A stretch of DNA of 64,000 nt, taken from assembly GCA_038150225.1 (NCBI GenBank), contig JAYQWG010000006.1, positions 1,092 to 65,091 of the forward strand, written 5' to 3'. This stretch comes from Chloroflexota bacterium. Its GTDB lineage: Bacteria > Chloroflexota > Dehalococcoidia > Lucifugimonadales > Lucifugimonadaceae. This document shows, piece by piece, positions 9,818 to 19,497 of the stretch. Under the pieces are notes generated by a model. That model saw only the letters and a list, made by a program, of their open reading frames with translations, did no database searches and was not told where the DNA came from. The stretch's first letter is position 1; every line of letters begins with the position of its first letter. The position numbers and the translations under genes are program-made.

Positions 9818-10849
9818 CTAATCCCAGTTGATCACAAATTTCCCCGGGGCGCCTTTTGAGAACTCTTCGTATGCAGTCGGGGCCTGTTCGATGGTTGAAC
9901 GCGAGGTGATCACCGAGTCGAGGGGCACATTTCTTTCTGCGGTAAATCTTGCTGCTTCTTCGAGACCGAACGTAGAGAATGTCCAGGAACCGAGCATAGT
10001 AAGGTGACGATGAATGATGTGAGGGGTTGGCTGGTAGGTGACTTCGCCACCTTCTCCAACGAGACAGGTTTTGCCGAAAATCCTGGTCGACTCGACCGCT
10101 GCAACTCTTGTTACCGCCAAACCGGCGGCTTCCAGCGAAGAGTGTGCGCCGTGTCCGTCTGTAAGCGCTTTGATTTGTTCTGGCGCGTCACCCGCACTGG
10201 AATCAACGGTTTGCCACGTCCCGACATCAGACGCCATTTGGAGTCGTTCTTTCGAAACATCCACAGCAATTACACGCGCACCCATTTCGGTTCCGAACAT
10301 TGTGGCTGCAAGACCAACTGGTCCCTGACCAAATACAGCGAGCGTCTCTAGCCCGGAAACTTCCAATTTTTTCAGTGCTTGAAACGCAGTGCTAGCACCG
10401 CAGGCTAGATAGGCTCCAACTTCATATGAGAGTTCATCAGGCAGGGGAACGCACGTGGATTGGTGGGCGACCATGTAGTCACCGTGTCCGCCATGCATCG
10501 ACCCGCCGTAGTACTCCTTCTTTTCGGTGACCTCGCACAGTTGTTGCCAACCGGTTCGGCAGTAGTCGCACTCACGACAACCTTCGTAGTGGTGCTGAAT
10601 TATTCGATCTCCGACAGATAGTCCAGTGACGTTCGGACCTAACGCAACGATTTCTCCACATGGCTCGTGACCCGGGCGTCTCAACTCGCCGTTGTGTTCA
10701 TTAGCAGAGTCGGCGCGATAGCGTTGGAAATCAGAACCACACAATCCGGATGACCTTAGCTTTACCAGAACCTGTTCAGGACCTGGATCAATATCCGGGT
10801 AATCGATTACTTCCGCTTTACTGTTGCCGTAGAAGGCGACTCCTCGCAT
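9818..10849 (-). CDS. Zinc-dependent alcohol dehydrogenase family (MDR) oxidoreductase
   Basis: Contains GHEPCGEIVALG, a structural-Zn Cys cluster (CRECDYCRTGWQQLC) and VFGQGPVGLAA. I start at ATG 10849 (GGAGAG just upstream) rather than the 10918 ORF start. Confidence 0.8.
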   Translation of the reverse strand: MRGVAFYGNSKAEVIDYPDIDPGPEQVLVKLRSSGLCGSDFQRYRADSANEHNGELRRPGHEPCGEIVALGPNVTGLSVGDRIIQHHYEGCRECDYCRTGWQQLCEVTEKKEYYGGSMHGGHGDYMVAHQSTCVPLPDELSYEVGAYLACGASTAFQALKKLEVSGLETLAVFGQGPVGLAATMFGTEMGARVIAVDVSKERLQMASDVGTWQTVDSSAGDAPEQIKALTDGHGAHSSLEAAGLAVTRVAAVESTRIFGKTCLVGEGGEVTYQPTPHIIHRHLTMLGSWTFSTFGLEEAARFTAERNVPLDSVITSRSTIEQAPTAYEEFSKGAPGKFVINWD

Positions 10850-11032
10850 TGATCTCTCCGAGTGAACTGAATTGAACGTACATCTGCGTAAGTTTGACGA
10901 ATCGGCACTGTATACCAACTATCACCGGCTTTAAACCTTTGCGATGCGGCAAAACCAGCAGTAAGCTTCACCCCGCCCGAACAAATTGAGACCTGAGCGG
11001 TTTTTTACCGCATTGCATGGAATGTTCTAAAA

Positions 11033-12244
11033 ATGGCCGATTCATTTAGTTACGACTCACTGTTTTCAGAAAATTCGACGGACACCCCGTTGAATTTCGT
11101 CAAGCACGCGAAATATGACTTCGCAGTTGCTTATCCCGCCCCGGAAACGTTGCCAATGGACGGGCTGATTCAGGCTCTTCAAACTGCGGTTGATTCAGAT
11201 GGCGAACGTATCGCCAGCGAAATGGCCTACTACCCACACCAATTTGGTGCGCAAGAGCTCCGCGAGTACACAGTCCAAAAATTACAGAATGACCGTGGAT
11301 TCACAGTTGACCCAGATGAAGTTGCTTTGACGAACGGCTCAGGAGAAGCGCTCGGTCTTGTGATTCAGGCACTCACTAACCCTGGTGATGTGGTGCTTGC
11401 AGAAGAGTTCGTCTACATGGGTACCCTGAACCAGCTTCGTAGGTTCGGTGCAGACATCAGGGGAGTCGCCATCGATGAAGGCGGAATCGTCCCAGAGGCG
11501 ATGGAAAAGCAGATCGAAGAACTGATCGCCAATGGCGAGAAGCCGAAGTATCTGTACACCATCCCAGAACACCAGAACCCAACAGGTTCCACGCTATCGG
11601 AAGAGCGACGCAAGGCAATTTTGAAGATCGCCCACAAGTACAAGATGCCAATACTTGAGGACGACTGCTACGTCGACCTCCGGTACGCCGGAGATGTTCA
11701 ACCATCTTTCAGGGCTCTAGATGATTCAGGCATTGTTGTTTATGTCGCTTCTTACTCGAAACTGTTGGCTCCTGGTCTTAGGCTCGGGTACTTCACAGGC
11801 GCACCGGAATTGATGCGTAGAGCTATGAGCTTCAAGCTGGGTAGTGGACCCAACCAGTTTGCATCTATAGCCATCGAGGGTTTCCTGAAGAACAACCTCG
11901 ATTCTCACCGGAACAATTTCAATCCATTACTCAAAGAAAAGTGCGACGCAATGACCGGCGCACTCGAAGAGCATTTCGGCGGATCGGGTGCAACCTGGTC
12001 GACTCCTGAAGGCGGTTGTTACGTTTGGCTGACGATGCCTGAAGGTTCTGACATAAGTGCAATTCGTGACGCAGTATTTGAGCAAGGTGTCGGTTACGTG
12101 GCAGGTACGAACTTCGAAGCAGATGCTTCAGGTAGAGTTGGCCACAACAGCGCTCGGTTGTGCTTCGCGTACGAGTCACCTCAGAAGAACCGGGAGGGTA
12201 TCGCGCTTCTGGCACAGCTGTTCAAGCAGCACGGTGTGATGTAA
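11033..12244 (+). CDS. PLP-dependent aminotransferase, class I/II fold
   Basis: 403-aa ORF with NPTG, the PLP-lysine region SYSKLLAPGLRLGY and RLCFA near the C-terminus. Confidence 0.8.
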   Translation: MADSFSYDSLFSENSTDTPLNFVKHAKYDFAVAYPAPETLPMDGLIQALQTAVDSDGERIASEMAYYPHQFGAQELREYTVQKLQNDRGFTVDPDEVALTNGSGEALGLVIQALTNPGDVVLAEEFVYMGTLNQLRRFGADIRGVAIDEGGIVPEAMEKQIEELIANGEKPKYLYTIPEHQNPTGSTLSEERRKAILKIAHKYKMPILEDDCYVDLRYAGDVQPSFRALDDSGIVVYVASYSKLLAPGLRLGYFTGAPELMRRAMSFKLGSGPNQFASIAIEGFLKNNLDSHRNNFNPLLKEKCDAMTGALEEHFGGSGATWSTPEGGCYVWLTMPEGSDISAIRDAVFEQGVGYVAGTNFEADASGRVGHNSARLCFAYESPQKNREGIALLAQLFKQHGVM

Positions 12245-12267
12245 ATAGTTCAAACTTGAACTGAATG

Positions 12268-12297
12268 AAAAGACCGGCGATTCGCCGGTCTTTTTTT
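12268..12297 (+). terminator. Rho-independent terminator
   Basis: Perfect 8-bp stem GACCGGCG/CGCCGGTC (12272..12279 with 12283..12290) and a 3-nt loop. It is followed by T7 and preceded by an A-run. Confidence 0.75.
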
Positions 12298-12425
12298 ATT
12301 TCCTTCGGCTTGCTCGTGAAAAATCATTGCCGATACGGAGAGTCGCGACTAAATTCGTAATCAGAAACTTTTTTGAACTCGCAAAATGACGCGAGTGAGA
12401 ACGTTGAACCCAAGAGGAAGATTGA

Positions 12426-13433
12426 ATGGCCGACAGTGCGCTGAACGACATTTCGAAGAAGATGGTTGCCCGCAAGAAGGGAATTCTTGCTGCTGACGAG
12501 AGTACGTCGACCATGACGAAACGCCTGGACAGCATCAACGTCGAATCGACAGAGGAAACCCGTCGACAGTGGCGGCAGCTGCTTTTCCAAACTCCGGATA
12601 TCGGTGACTTCATCTCGGGCGTCATCATGTACGACGAGACTATCCGCCAGTCTGACGACTCAGGTAAGTCGTTCGTCGACCTGCTTGCCGATTCGGATGT
12701 GATCTCCGGCATCAAGGTTGATCTTTCTACCCACGATCTTGCTGGAGCACCGGGCGAGTTCATCACTGAAGGTCTTGATGGTCTCCGTGCTCGCCTGGCT
12801 GAGTACTACGAACTTGGTGCTCGATTCGCCAAGTGGCGCGCTCTTCTGATCATCAGCGACGGGAAGCCATCCGATTACGCAATTCACACGAATGCCCACG
12901 CTCTCGCCCGATACTCAGCATTGTGTCAGGAACAAGGCATTGTTCCGATTGTTGAACCAGAAGTCTTGATGGACGGGAAGCACAGCATTGATGACTGTTT
13001 GTCCGCAACTACAAGAGCTCTGAACGCAGTGTTCGCTGAGCTCGAAAAGCAGAATGTCGACATCGAGGGCATAGTGCTTAAGCCGAACATGGTCATCTCC
13101 GGTTCAGATGCGCTGGACCGCGCTTCAGCCGAAGAAGTGGCACGAAAGACTATCGATTGCTTCCTCGAAACCGTTCCTTCGTCAGTTCCCGGTATAGCGT
13201 TCTTGAGCGGTGGTCAGGGCGATGAAGAATCAGTTGTGAATCTCGACGCGATCAACAAGATTGCGAACGAAGAAGATCTTCCTTGGGAACTCACGTACTC
13301 GTACGGTCGAGGTCTTCAAGCTGCTCCACTTGCCGCGTGGGGTGGCAAGCAGGAGAACGTTCCTGCTGGTCAAGACGCATTTCAGCAGCGCGGTAAAGAT
13401 TCCAGTGCTGCTCGAGAAGGCGTTTACGCGTAG
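12426..13433 (+). CDS. fba: Fructose-bisphosphate aldolase, class I
   Basis: GILAADESTSTMTKRLDSI and the Schiff-base region VLKPNMV match class I (eukaryote-type) aldolases. GAGGAAG RBS upstream. Confidence 0.88.
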   Translation: MADSALNDISKKMVARKKGILAADESTSTMTKRLDSINVESTEETRRQWRQLLFQTPDIGDFISGVIMYDETIRQSDDSGKSFVDLLADSDVISGIKVDLSTHDLAGAPGEFITEGLDGLRARLAEYYELGARFAKWRALLIISDGKPSDYAIHTNAHALARYSALCQEQGIVPIVEPEVLMDGKHSIDDCLSATTRALNAVFAELEKQNVDIEGIVLKPNMVISGSDALDRASAEEVARKTIDCFLETVPSSVPGIAFLSGGQGDEESVVNLDAINKIANEEDLPWELTYSYGRGLQAAPLAAWGGKQENVPAGQDAFQQRGKDSSAAREGVYA

Positions 13434-13477
13434 AGCTGATTATTACTCCTACGACTCAAGAGAACTCAAGGAATCCC

Positions 13478-14668
13478 ATGCCAACTCACGATGAAATTAA
13501 CCGACTAGTCTCTGAGCACGCCGATGCGCTAATTGAGACACGCAGGTATTTTCATCAAATTCCTGAGCTTGGATTCCAGGAAAACGAAACGGCAGGCGAA
13601 ATCGCCCGGAGACTTGAAGTCGCGGGACTGAGGGTCGAAACCGGAATTGGTAAGACAGGCGTCGTTGGAGTGCTTGAGGGTGGTAAGTCGGGGTCGACTC
13701 TGATGATTCGTGCAGACATTGACGGATTACCGGTCGATGAATCTACCGGTCTTGAGTTTGCCGCTACGAACGGACGGATGCACGCATGCGGTCATGATGG
13801 TCATATAACGATGGCGCTCGTTGCTGCTGAAATCCTGGCAACTGTCCGAAACGAAATCGCCGGGACTGTAATTTTCGCCTTCCAGCCTGCCGAAGAAGTC
13901 GTGCAAGGCGCGTTGGCAATGATCGAAGATGGACTGTTTGAAAAGTACCCGGCTGACCGGGTGATTGGGACACACCTCTGGAATCAAATACCGACAGGAA
14001 CTGTGGGTGTGAACAGGGCAACGGTGTTTGCCAGTGCAGACCAGTTCAGGATAATCGTCAGAGGCAAGGGTGGTCACGGCGCTATGCCACACATGACCAT
14101 CGACCCAGTGGCGGCTATTGCCGAAATCATTACCACCGCTCAAACGGTCGTAAGTCGTGAAGTACCGCCGAACGAGATGGGTGTCCTCACTTTTGGTCAG
14201 ATCCATGGTGGTGCAGCACCAAACGTCATTGCCGACAGCGTGATGGTTGAGGGAACTATTCGCGCTTACACTCCGCCGACTCGAGATTTGATTCTGGGTT
14301 CGCTGGAGCGAATAGCGAAGAACGTAGCCGAAGCAATGCGGGCAGAAACTTCCTTCGAACGTATTCACGGTACTCCAGCGGTGATCAATGATCCCGAAAT
14401 TGCTGCGTGGGTGACCCAGCAGGCGAGTCACGTGGTTGGCGAAGGCAATGCCAGGGAATGGGAACCGGTGAGTGTGGGCGACGATATGTCGGAGTTCAAC
14501 AATCGAGTTCCGGGTGTGTACTTCCTGCTCGGTGCAGCCCACGACGACGAAACCGCAAAGCAGCGTGAGGTTGAAGGACACCATAACGCGCGCTTCGATT
14601 GGAGCGAGGATTGCTTGCCGATCGGAACAGAAATATTCGTCCGATCGGCGTTAGATTTCCTGAGCTAA
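13478..14668 (+). CDS. M20-family amidohydrolase (N-acyl-L-amino acid amidohydrolase / hippurate hydrolase type)
   Basis: Contains RADIDGLPV, MHACGHDGH, FQPAEE and GKGGHGAMPH motifs. AAGGAA RBS upstream. Confidence 0.85.
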   Translation: MPTHDEINRLVSEHADALIETRRYFHQIPELGFQENETAGEIARRLEVAGLRVETGIGKTGVVGVLEGGKSGSTLMIRADIDGLPVDESTGLEFAATNGRMHACGHDGHITMALVAAEILATVRNEIAGTVIFAFQPAEEVVQGALAMIEDGLFEKYPADRVIGTHLWNQIPTGTVGVNRATVFASADQFRIIVRGKGGHGAMPHMTIDPVAAIAEIITTAQTVVSREVPPNEMGVLTFGQIHGGAAPNVIADSVMVEGTIRAYTPPTRDLILGSLERIAKNVAEAMRAETSFERIHGTPAVINDPEIAAWVTQQASHVVGEGNAREWEPVSVGDDMSEFNNRVPGVYFLLGAAHDDETAKQREVEGHHNARFDWSEDCLPIGTEIFVRSALDFLS

Positions 14669-14675
14669 CTATCGA

Positions 14676-15467
14676 CTAAACGACCGGGGCGGTTCCGCCG
14701 TCGACGTTCACTGCTGTTCCGGTTACGTACGAAGCTCGTTCGGAAGCTAGGAACGCGATGACATCGCCAGCTTCCTTAGCTTCTCCGATGCGACCTAACG
14801 GAACGTTCTTTCCGACTACCGCCCAGTGGTCCTCAAGTGAGTAGTTCGGGTCTTTTGCGTTCGCAGCTTCCCATCGTGAGCGGTGTTGTCCGGATTTCAG
14901 AACGCCGACGCAAACTGTGTTAACTCGGATATTGTGCTGGGCAAGTTCTCCAGCCCACGACTTGGTAAGCGAGATTCCAGAAGCACGCGACAGCGAAGTT
15001 GGCTGACTCCCTGGAACTGATGCCTTACCGCCAGGAGTCGTCGTGTTGATGATCGCGCCCTTGCCGGACTTTTTGAGGTGGGGTAGAGCAGCGCGTGCGC
15101 AGTAAATCGCACCGTAGACCTTGATACCAAAGTCAATTTTTAACTGCTCATCAGTCATTTTCTCAAGTGTCGTGGCAGAGGAAGTACCTGCGTTGTTCAC
15201 GAGGATGTCGACTCCGCCGAACTCACTGACGACTGTTTCGACCATCGTCTGAACGTCGCTTTCGACCGAAACATCCGCTGCGACTCCGATGACGGTGCCG
15301 TTGGATTCGGACTGAATTTCCGCAACTGCTTTGTCGAGCTTTTCCTGCGTTCGACCAACGATCGCTACCTTCGCACCTTCAGCTGCCATGGTTGTGGCTG
15401 CCGCTTTGCCAATGCCATCGCTGCCGCCAGTGACGATTGCAACCTTATTGTTCAGCCCTAAATCCAT
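14676..15467 (-). CDS. SDR-family oxidoreductase
   Basis: VAIVTGGSDGIGKA (TGxxxGxG) and NNAG are present, with an atypical YxxxR (YCARA) where the SDR YxxxK is expected. I start at ATG 15467 (MDLGLNNK) rather than 15548. Confidence 0.85.
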   Translation of the reverse strand: MDLGLNNKVAIVTGGSDGIGKAAATTMAAEGAKVAIVGRTQEKLDKAVAEIQSESNGTVIGVAADVSVESDVQTMVETVVSEFGGVDILVNNAGTSSATTLEKMTDEQLKIDFGIKVYGAIYCARAALPHLKKSGKGAIINTTTPGGKASVPGSQPTSLSRASGISLTKSWAGELAQHNIRVNTVCVGVLKSGQHRSRWEAANAKDPNYSLEDHWAVVGKNVPLGRIGEAKEAGDVIAFLASERASYVTGTAVNVDGGTAPVV

Positions 15468-15684
15468 TTGTATGTCCGTTCTTTGAATTGAGTAGTTAGA
15501 AAATTTCAGTTGGTTTATTCGAGCGGCAGGGATTATAAACACTGTCAATCGTGGAACCTAATTGCAGCGATTTTTATGAATCTAAGTTGTACCCTTAGTT
15601 TTCGTGCGATTTTTCGCATCGGGATTTACGAGTTGGGAATTGCCTAAGAGAACGGCACAGTCCTGAATCGAACAGGAAACTTTA

Positions 15685-16893
15685 TTGAGCGACAGGAAGA
15701 TATACGAGCCACTTACCGTCCCGAGACGGGTGATTCTTGGTCCCGGACCAAGTTCAGCCAACCCACGGGTTCTGAGGGCGATGTCGCTGCCAATTATTGG
15801 ATACCTCGATCCGGCGTTCTTCGAATTACTCGACGAACTCAGTGGAATGCTGGCTCAGATCTTCAAAACTGAGCAACGAGCGTTTGCAGTCGCTGGTGCT
15901 GGTTCTGCTGGAATGGAAGCAGGACTTGTTAGTCTTGCTGAGCCAGGCGACACTGTGATCGTCTGCTCCTACGGCTATTTCTGTGAACGCCAGATCACTA
16001 TGTGTGAGCGTTTGGGATTCAATGTTGTTCCGCTGCGGACAGAGTGGGGCAAGGCAATGGACCCGCAAGTGCTTGCTGACGCGCTCGAGAAACATCCTGA
16101 AACTCAGCTTGTGGTCGGTATCCATGCGGAAACCTCCGCAGGAACGATTCAGCCAATTGCTGAGTTCGCAAAACTCGCTCACGAAGCTGGTGCCCTGTTC
16201 ATGACCGACGTTGTCACGTCACTTGCAGGTAGCGAGTTGGAGTTTGATGCCTGGGATCTTGATTTCGCCTATTCAGGAGCCCAGAAATGCCTCGCTGCAC
16301 CTCCCGGAATTTCACCGGTGGCACTCTCAGACCGAGCTCTCGACTACATCCGTAATCGAAAACGCCCGCCGACGTCGTGGTATCTCGACTTATCACTCAT
16401 AGCCGACTACTGGGGGCCGGATCATATTGCGCACCATACCGCACCGGTGAGCATGATCTACGGGCTGAGAGAAGCCGTCGGACTGGCTCTAAACGAAACT
16501 CTCGAAACCCGTTGGGAACGACACGCCGCTAATGCCAAAGCTCTTCGTGCCGGCCTACGAGCATTGAATCTCGAACTGCCTGTTGATGAAGACGCACAAC
16601 TAGACCAGCTGACCGTTGTGAAATTGCCCGCTGGCGTCGACGACATCAAACTTCGAATGCAGCTCCTAGATGAGTACTCAATCGAAGTTGGGCGTGGTCT
16701 CGGTCAGTTCGCTGGTGAAGTGATCAGAATTGGTCTCATGGGTGAGTCGTGCGTGCCAGCAAACGTATTTGGGCTGCTGAACGCCCTTGAGAAGGTGTTG
16801 CCGGAACACGGTTTCGAAGTCGCGAAAGGTGCTGCTGCGGCCGCAGCAAGTGCTTCACTCGTTGAGCACCCTTCTCCCGTTTACACCGCGTAG
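15685..16893 (+). CDS. Class V aminotransferase, alanine-glyoxylate / serine-pyruvate aminotransferase type
   Basis: 402-aa ORF with an LGPGPS-type N-terminus, the PLP-lysine region YSGAQKCLAAPPG and overall AGXT-like layout. TTG start with AGGAAA upstream. Confidence 0.75.
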   Translation: MSDRKIYEPLTVPRRVILGPGPSSANPRVLRAMSLPIIGYLDPAFFELLDELSGMLAQIFKTEQRAFAVAGAGSAGMEAGLVSLAEPGDTVIVCSYGYFCERQITMCERLGFNVVPLRTEWGKAMDPQVLADALEKHPETQLVVGIHAETSAGTIQPIAEFAKLAHEAGALFMTDVVTSLAGSELEFDAWDLDFAYSGAQKCLAAPPGISPVALSDRALDYIRNRKRPPTSWYLDLSLIADYWGPDHIAHHTAPVSMIYGLREAVGLALNETLETRWERHAANAKALRAGLRALNLELPVDEDAQLDQLTVVKLPAGVDDIKLRMQLLDEYSIEVGRGLGQFAGEVIRIGLMGESCVPANVFGLLNALEKVLPEHGFEVAKGAAAAAASASLVEHPSPVYTA

Positions 16894-18237
16894 TTATTCG
16901 GCCGAGTAGGCCAGATCCAGTAAGTCGACGACGTAAGCGACTTTGGTCGTTCGCTTCGTGTTGCTCTCGGTCGCAACTTCGTTCAGGGCGAAATCTAGCT
17001 GCATTGAGCAACCAGGATTACCGGTCGCTACGTAGGTCGCACCTGTCGCCACTACGTTCCGAGCTTTGCGTTTGCCCAATTGAGACGACATCTCTCGTTG
17101 CGTGATCGAGTAAGTTCCAGCTGACCCACAACATACGGTGGGTTCTGCCAGTTCGATGAGTTCTAGACCTGGAATTGAGTTCAGGATCTGACGTGGGGCG
17201 TCGGTTATTTTTTGAACGTTCTTGAGATGGCAGGGATCCTGGTAAGTAACCGTGCCGCTCAGTTCTGCGGTTGGTGCATCAAATCCGTATTCAACGAGCA
17301 ACTCATGTATGTCTCGGGTTAATTCGCTGACCTTTTCGGCCTTCTGTGCGTAAACCGGATCGTGTTCAAGAAGTTCGCGGTAATCCTTCATTGCTGCACC
17401 GCAACCGGCAGACGAAGTAACGATTGCGTCGGGATTAGATGACAGGAACGAATTGATGTTTTTTATCGCCATGTCCGAGGCTGTATCAACGTAGCCAGAA
17501 TGCGAATTCAGCGCCCCACAGCAGCCCTGGTTGGCTGTCACGTGAACTTCAAAGCCATTTCGAGTGAGAACTCGAACAGTTGCGCCTAGCGTTTCCGACT
17601 GGGTGATCGACATCACGCAACCTGCCAGCATTGCAACGCGAGCTTTCACCACACCTTTCGGTCTGTGAATTTGTCCCTTGGCTTTGAAATACGAGCTCGA
17701 AAGGTCGGGCAGGTAATTGTCGGCGGCTTCGGCATCGCCGGGGAGAAGCTTCAGCAGCCCTGTGCCGCGTGCGATCGTTCGCATGCCAGACTTTTTATAG
17801 AACTTCATCGCATTCCCGACCATCCGAAGTCGGGTAGGGGAAGTCAGGATCGATTCAAATCCCACTTTGCGGGCAACGCGCTCTGTAAGCGGTTTAGAAG
17901 TGTGTTCCTTGATCTGGGCACGAGTGGCTTCCATCAGCTTCCCGTACTCCACACCGGAAGGACAGGCCAACTCACACGCCCGGCACTGCAAGCAAAGCTC
18001 CCAGTGTCCTACTACAGACGGCGACATTTCCAGCCGGCCTTCGTTCACTGCCTTCATCAGAGCAATTCTGCCACGCGGCGATTCAGCTTCAAGACCGGTT
18101 TCGAGATATGTAGGACAGGCTTGGAGACAGAACCCACAGTGCACGCATTTGTATAGATCAGAATCTTTGGGCGCGTGCGGACCGGAAAAACCTGGGAGCT
18201 TTCCTGAAATCGGATTAGTTGGAGTTTGGCCTGTCAT
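16894..18237 (-). CDS. glcF: Fe-S subunit of a glycolate-oxidase-type (GlcF-like) complex
   Basis: Two ferredoxin-like Cys motifs (CVHCGFCLQACP, CLQCRACELACP) precede two CCG-type Cys-rich repeats. The gene starts 3 nt downstream of the glcE-like gene. Confidence 0.75.
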   Translation of the reverse strand: MTGQTPTNPISGKLPGFSGPHAPKDSDLYKCVHCGFCLQACPTYLETGLEAESPRGRIALMKAVNEGRLEMSPSVVGHWELCLQCRACELACPSGVEYGKLMEATRAQIKEHTSKPLTERVARKVGFESILTSPTRLRMVGNAMKFYKKSGMRTIARGTGLLKLLPGDAEAADNYLPDLSSSYFKAKGQIHRPKGVVKARVAMLAGCVMSITQSETLGATVRVLTRNGFEVHVTANQGCCGALNSHSGYVDTASDMAIKNINSFLSSNPDAIVTSSAGCGAAMKDYRELLEHDPVYAQKAEKVSELTRDIHELLVEYGFDAPTAELSGTVTYQDPCHLKNVQKITDAPRQILNSIPGLELIELAEPTVCCGSAGTYSITQREMSSQLGKRKARNVVATGATYVATGNPGCSMQLDFALNEVATESNTKRTTKVAYVVDLLDLAYSAE

Positions 18238-18240
18238 CTA

Positions 18241-19491
18241 TTAGATTTTCCCGACAAATCTTCCAGGATTTAGAAGCGAGGTGGGATCGTACTGGTTCTT
18301 TACACGACGCATGAGCTCGATAGCTGGGCCCACGTCGCTGAACACGTCCAGCGACTTTTTTAGATCAGTTGAACAATTTTCGACGGTGTATGAGCAACCA
18401 GATTTCTGCGCTGCGTCGATTATCCCGTTCGCGACTGCAGATTCCCGTTCTAAGTTTTTCAGTGTGCAAGTCAGGGTTGCAGCTCCGAATCCTAGATCGG
18501 TTACCGCGCTGACTTCGTCCTCTGAATACTGGCTGGTCAACCTGCCCGCCAACTCCGTGACGGTTTGGTTTCTTGCAGTAATACGAACACTCAGCGTCGA
18601 ATCGACTTCCTGCGATTCAATAGTTTTCCAGGCTGAGTCATTTGCTGCCTTGTCGAGCACAGCGAATCCGATGCTTCCGTTGGTGCCAGAAATACCTTTG
18701 ATCTCGTTCACCTGTCGCTCGACAGATCGAACACCACCTGAGACACGCACCAGCACAGCTGATTTCACGTCCGCTGACGCTTGCTCCCCACACAGTTCGA
18801 TTAGCGGAATCAGTGCTGAACCTTGTACTGATGAAGTGGCTTCAGGTGTGAAGACACTGTTATACAGCCCTGCACCCATTTTACTAGCTGCCTCGAGATC
18901 ATCAAACCAAGTGAGTACCGACTGCGATTCGGTAGGGAGTGGCTGAAGTTTGAACGCAACTTGCGATATGACGCCAAGAGTCCCGAATGCTCCAGTATGA
19001 AGTCGATGCAGCTCGTATCCCTGAACGTTTTTGACGACCCTTCCTCCGGACTTGGTTACAGTTCCGTCCGGCAAGACGATCTGCATGCCGATTACCCAGT
19101 CCCTGATCCCGCCGGTGGAAGATTGTCGTCGTCCAGAGGCGTTAGAAGCAACAGCGCCTCCGATGGTTGAGTCATTAGAGCGTTTTATTTCAAATGCGAG
19201 TCGTTGCCCGGATTTTGCAAGGACGTCCTCAAGTTGCTTCACCCTGACGCCAGCGTCGACAACAACCGTCATATCGCCCGGGACATGTTCGAGTGTGTTG
19301 ATCAGATTCGTTGTGTCCAGAGCAACATCGTAAGCACGTGGCACGTTCCCGATAGACATTCGCGTACCGCCACCCCACGGAATCACTGATTGCTTGGTGC
19401 CAGTAGCTTCGGCAATGCATCCTGAAAGCTCATCAAGAGTTTTAGGTGATTCGATTGTTTTCGGTACTAAACCGTCTACTGAGTAATCCAA
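18241..19491 (-). CDS. glcE: FAD-binding subunit, GlcE-like
   Basis: 416-aa ORF with an FAD-binding PCMH-type N-domain (IPWGGGTRMS, GGAVASNASG). It sits immediately upstream of the GlcF-like gene. Confidence 0.7.
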   Translation of the reverse strand: MDYSVDGLVPKTIESPKTLDELSGCIAEATGTKQSVIPWGGGTRMSIGNVPRAYDVALDTTNLINTLEHVPGDMTVVVDAGVRVKQLEDVLAKSGQRLAFEIKRSNDSTIGGAVASNASGRRQSSTGGIRDWVIGMQIVLPDGTVTKSGGRVVKNVQGYELHRLHTGAFGTLGVISQVAFKLQPLPTESQSVLTWFDDLEAASKMGAGLYNSVFTPEATSSVQGSALIPLIELCGEQASADVKSAVLVRVSGGVRSVERQVNEIKGISGTNGSIGFAVLDKAANDSAWKTIESQEVDSTLSVRITARNQTVTELAGRLTSQYSEDEVSAVTDLGFGAATLTCTLKNLERESAVANGIIDAAQKSGCSYTVENCSTDLKKSLDVFSDVGPAIELMRRVKNQYDPTSLLNPGRFVGKI

Positions 19492-19497
19492 CGTGCC

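Noticed and set aside
13727-14584. 285-aa ORF antisense to the M20 amidohydrolase
   Set aside because: This is a shadow ORF opposite a gene with unambiguous M20 motifs. It has no motifs of its own.
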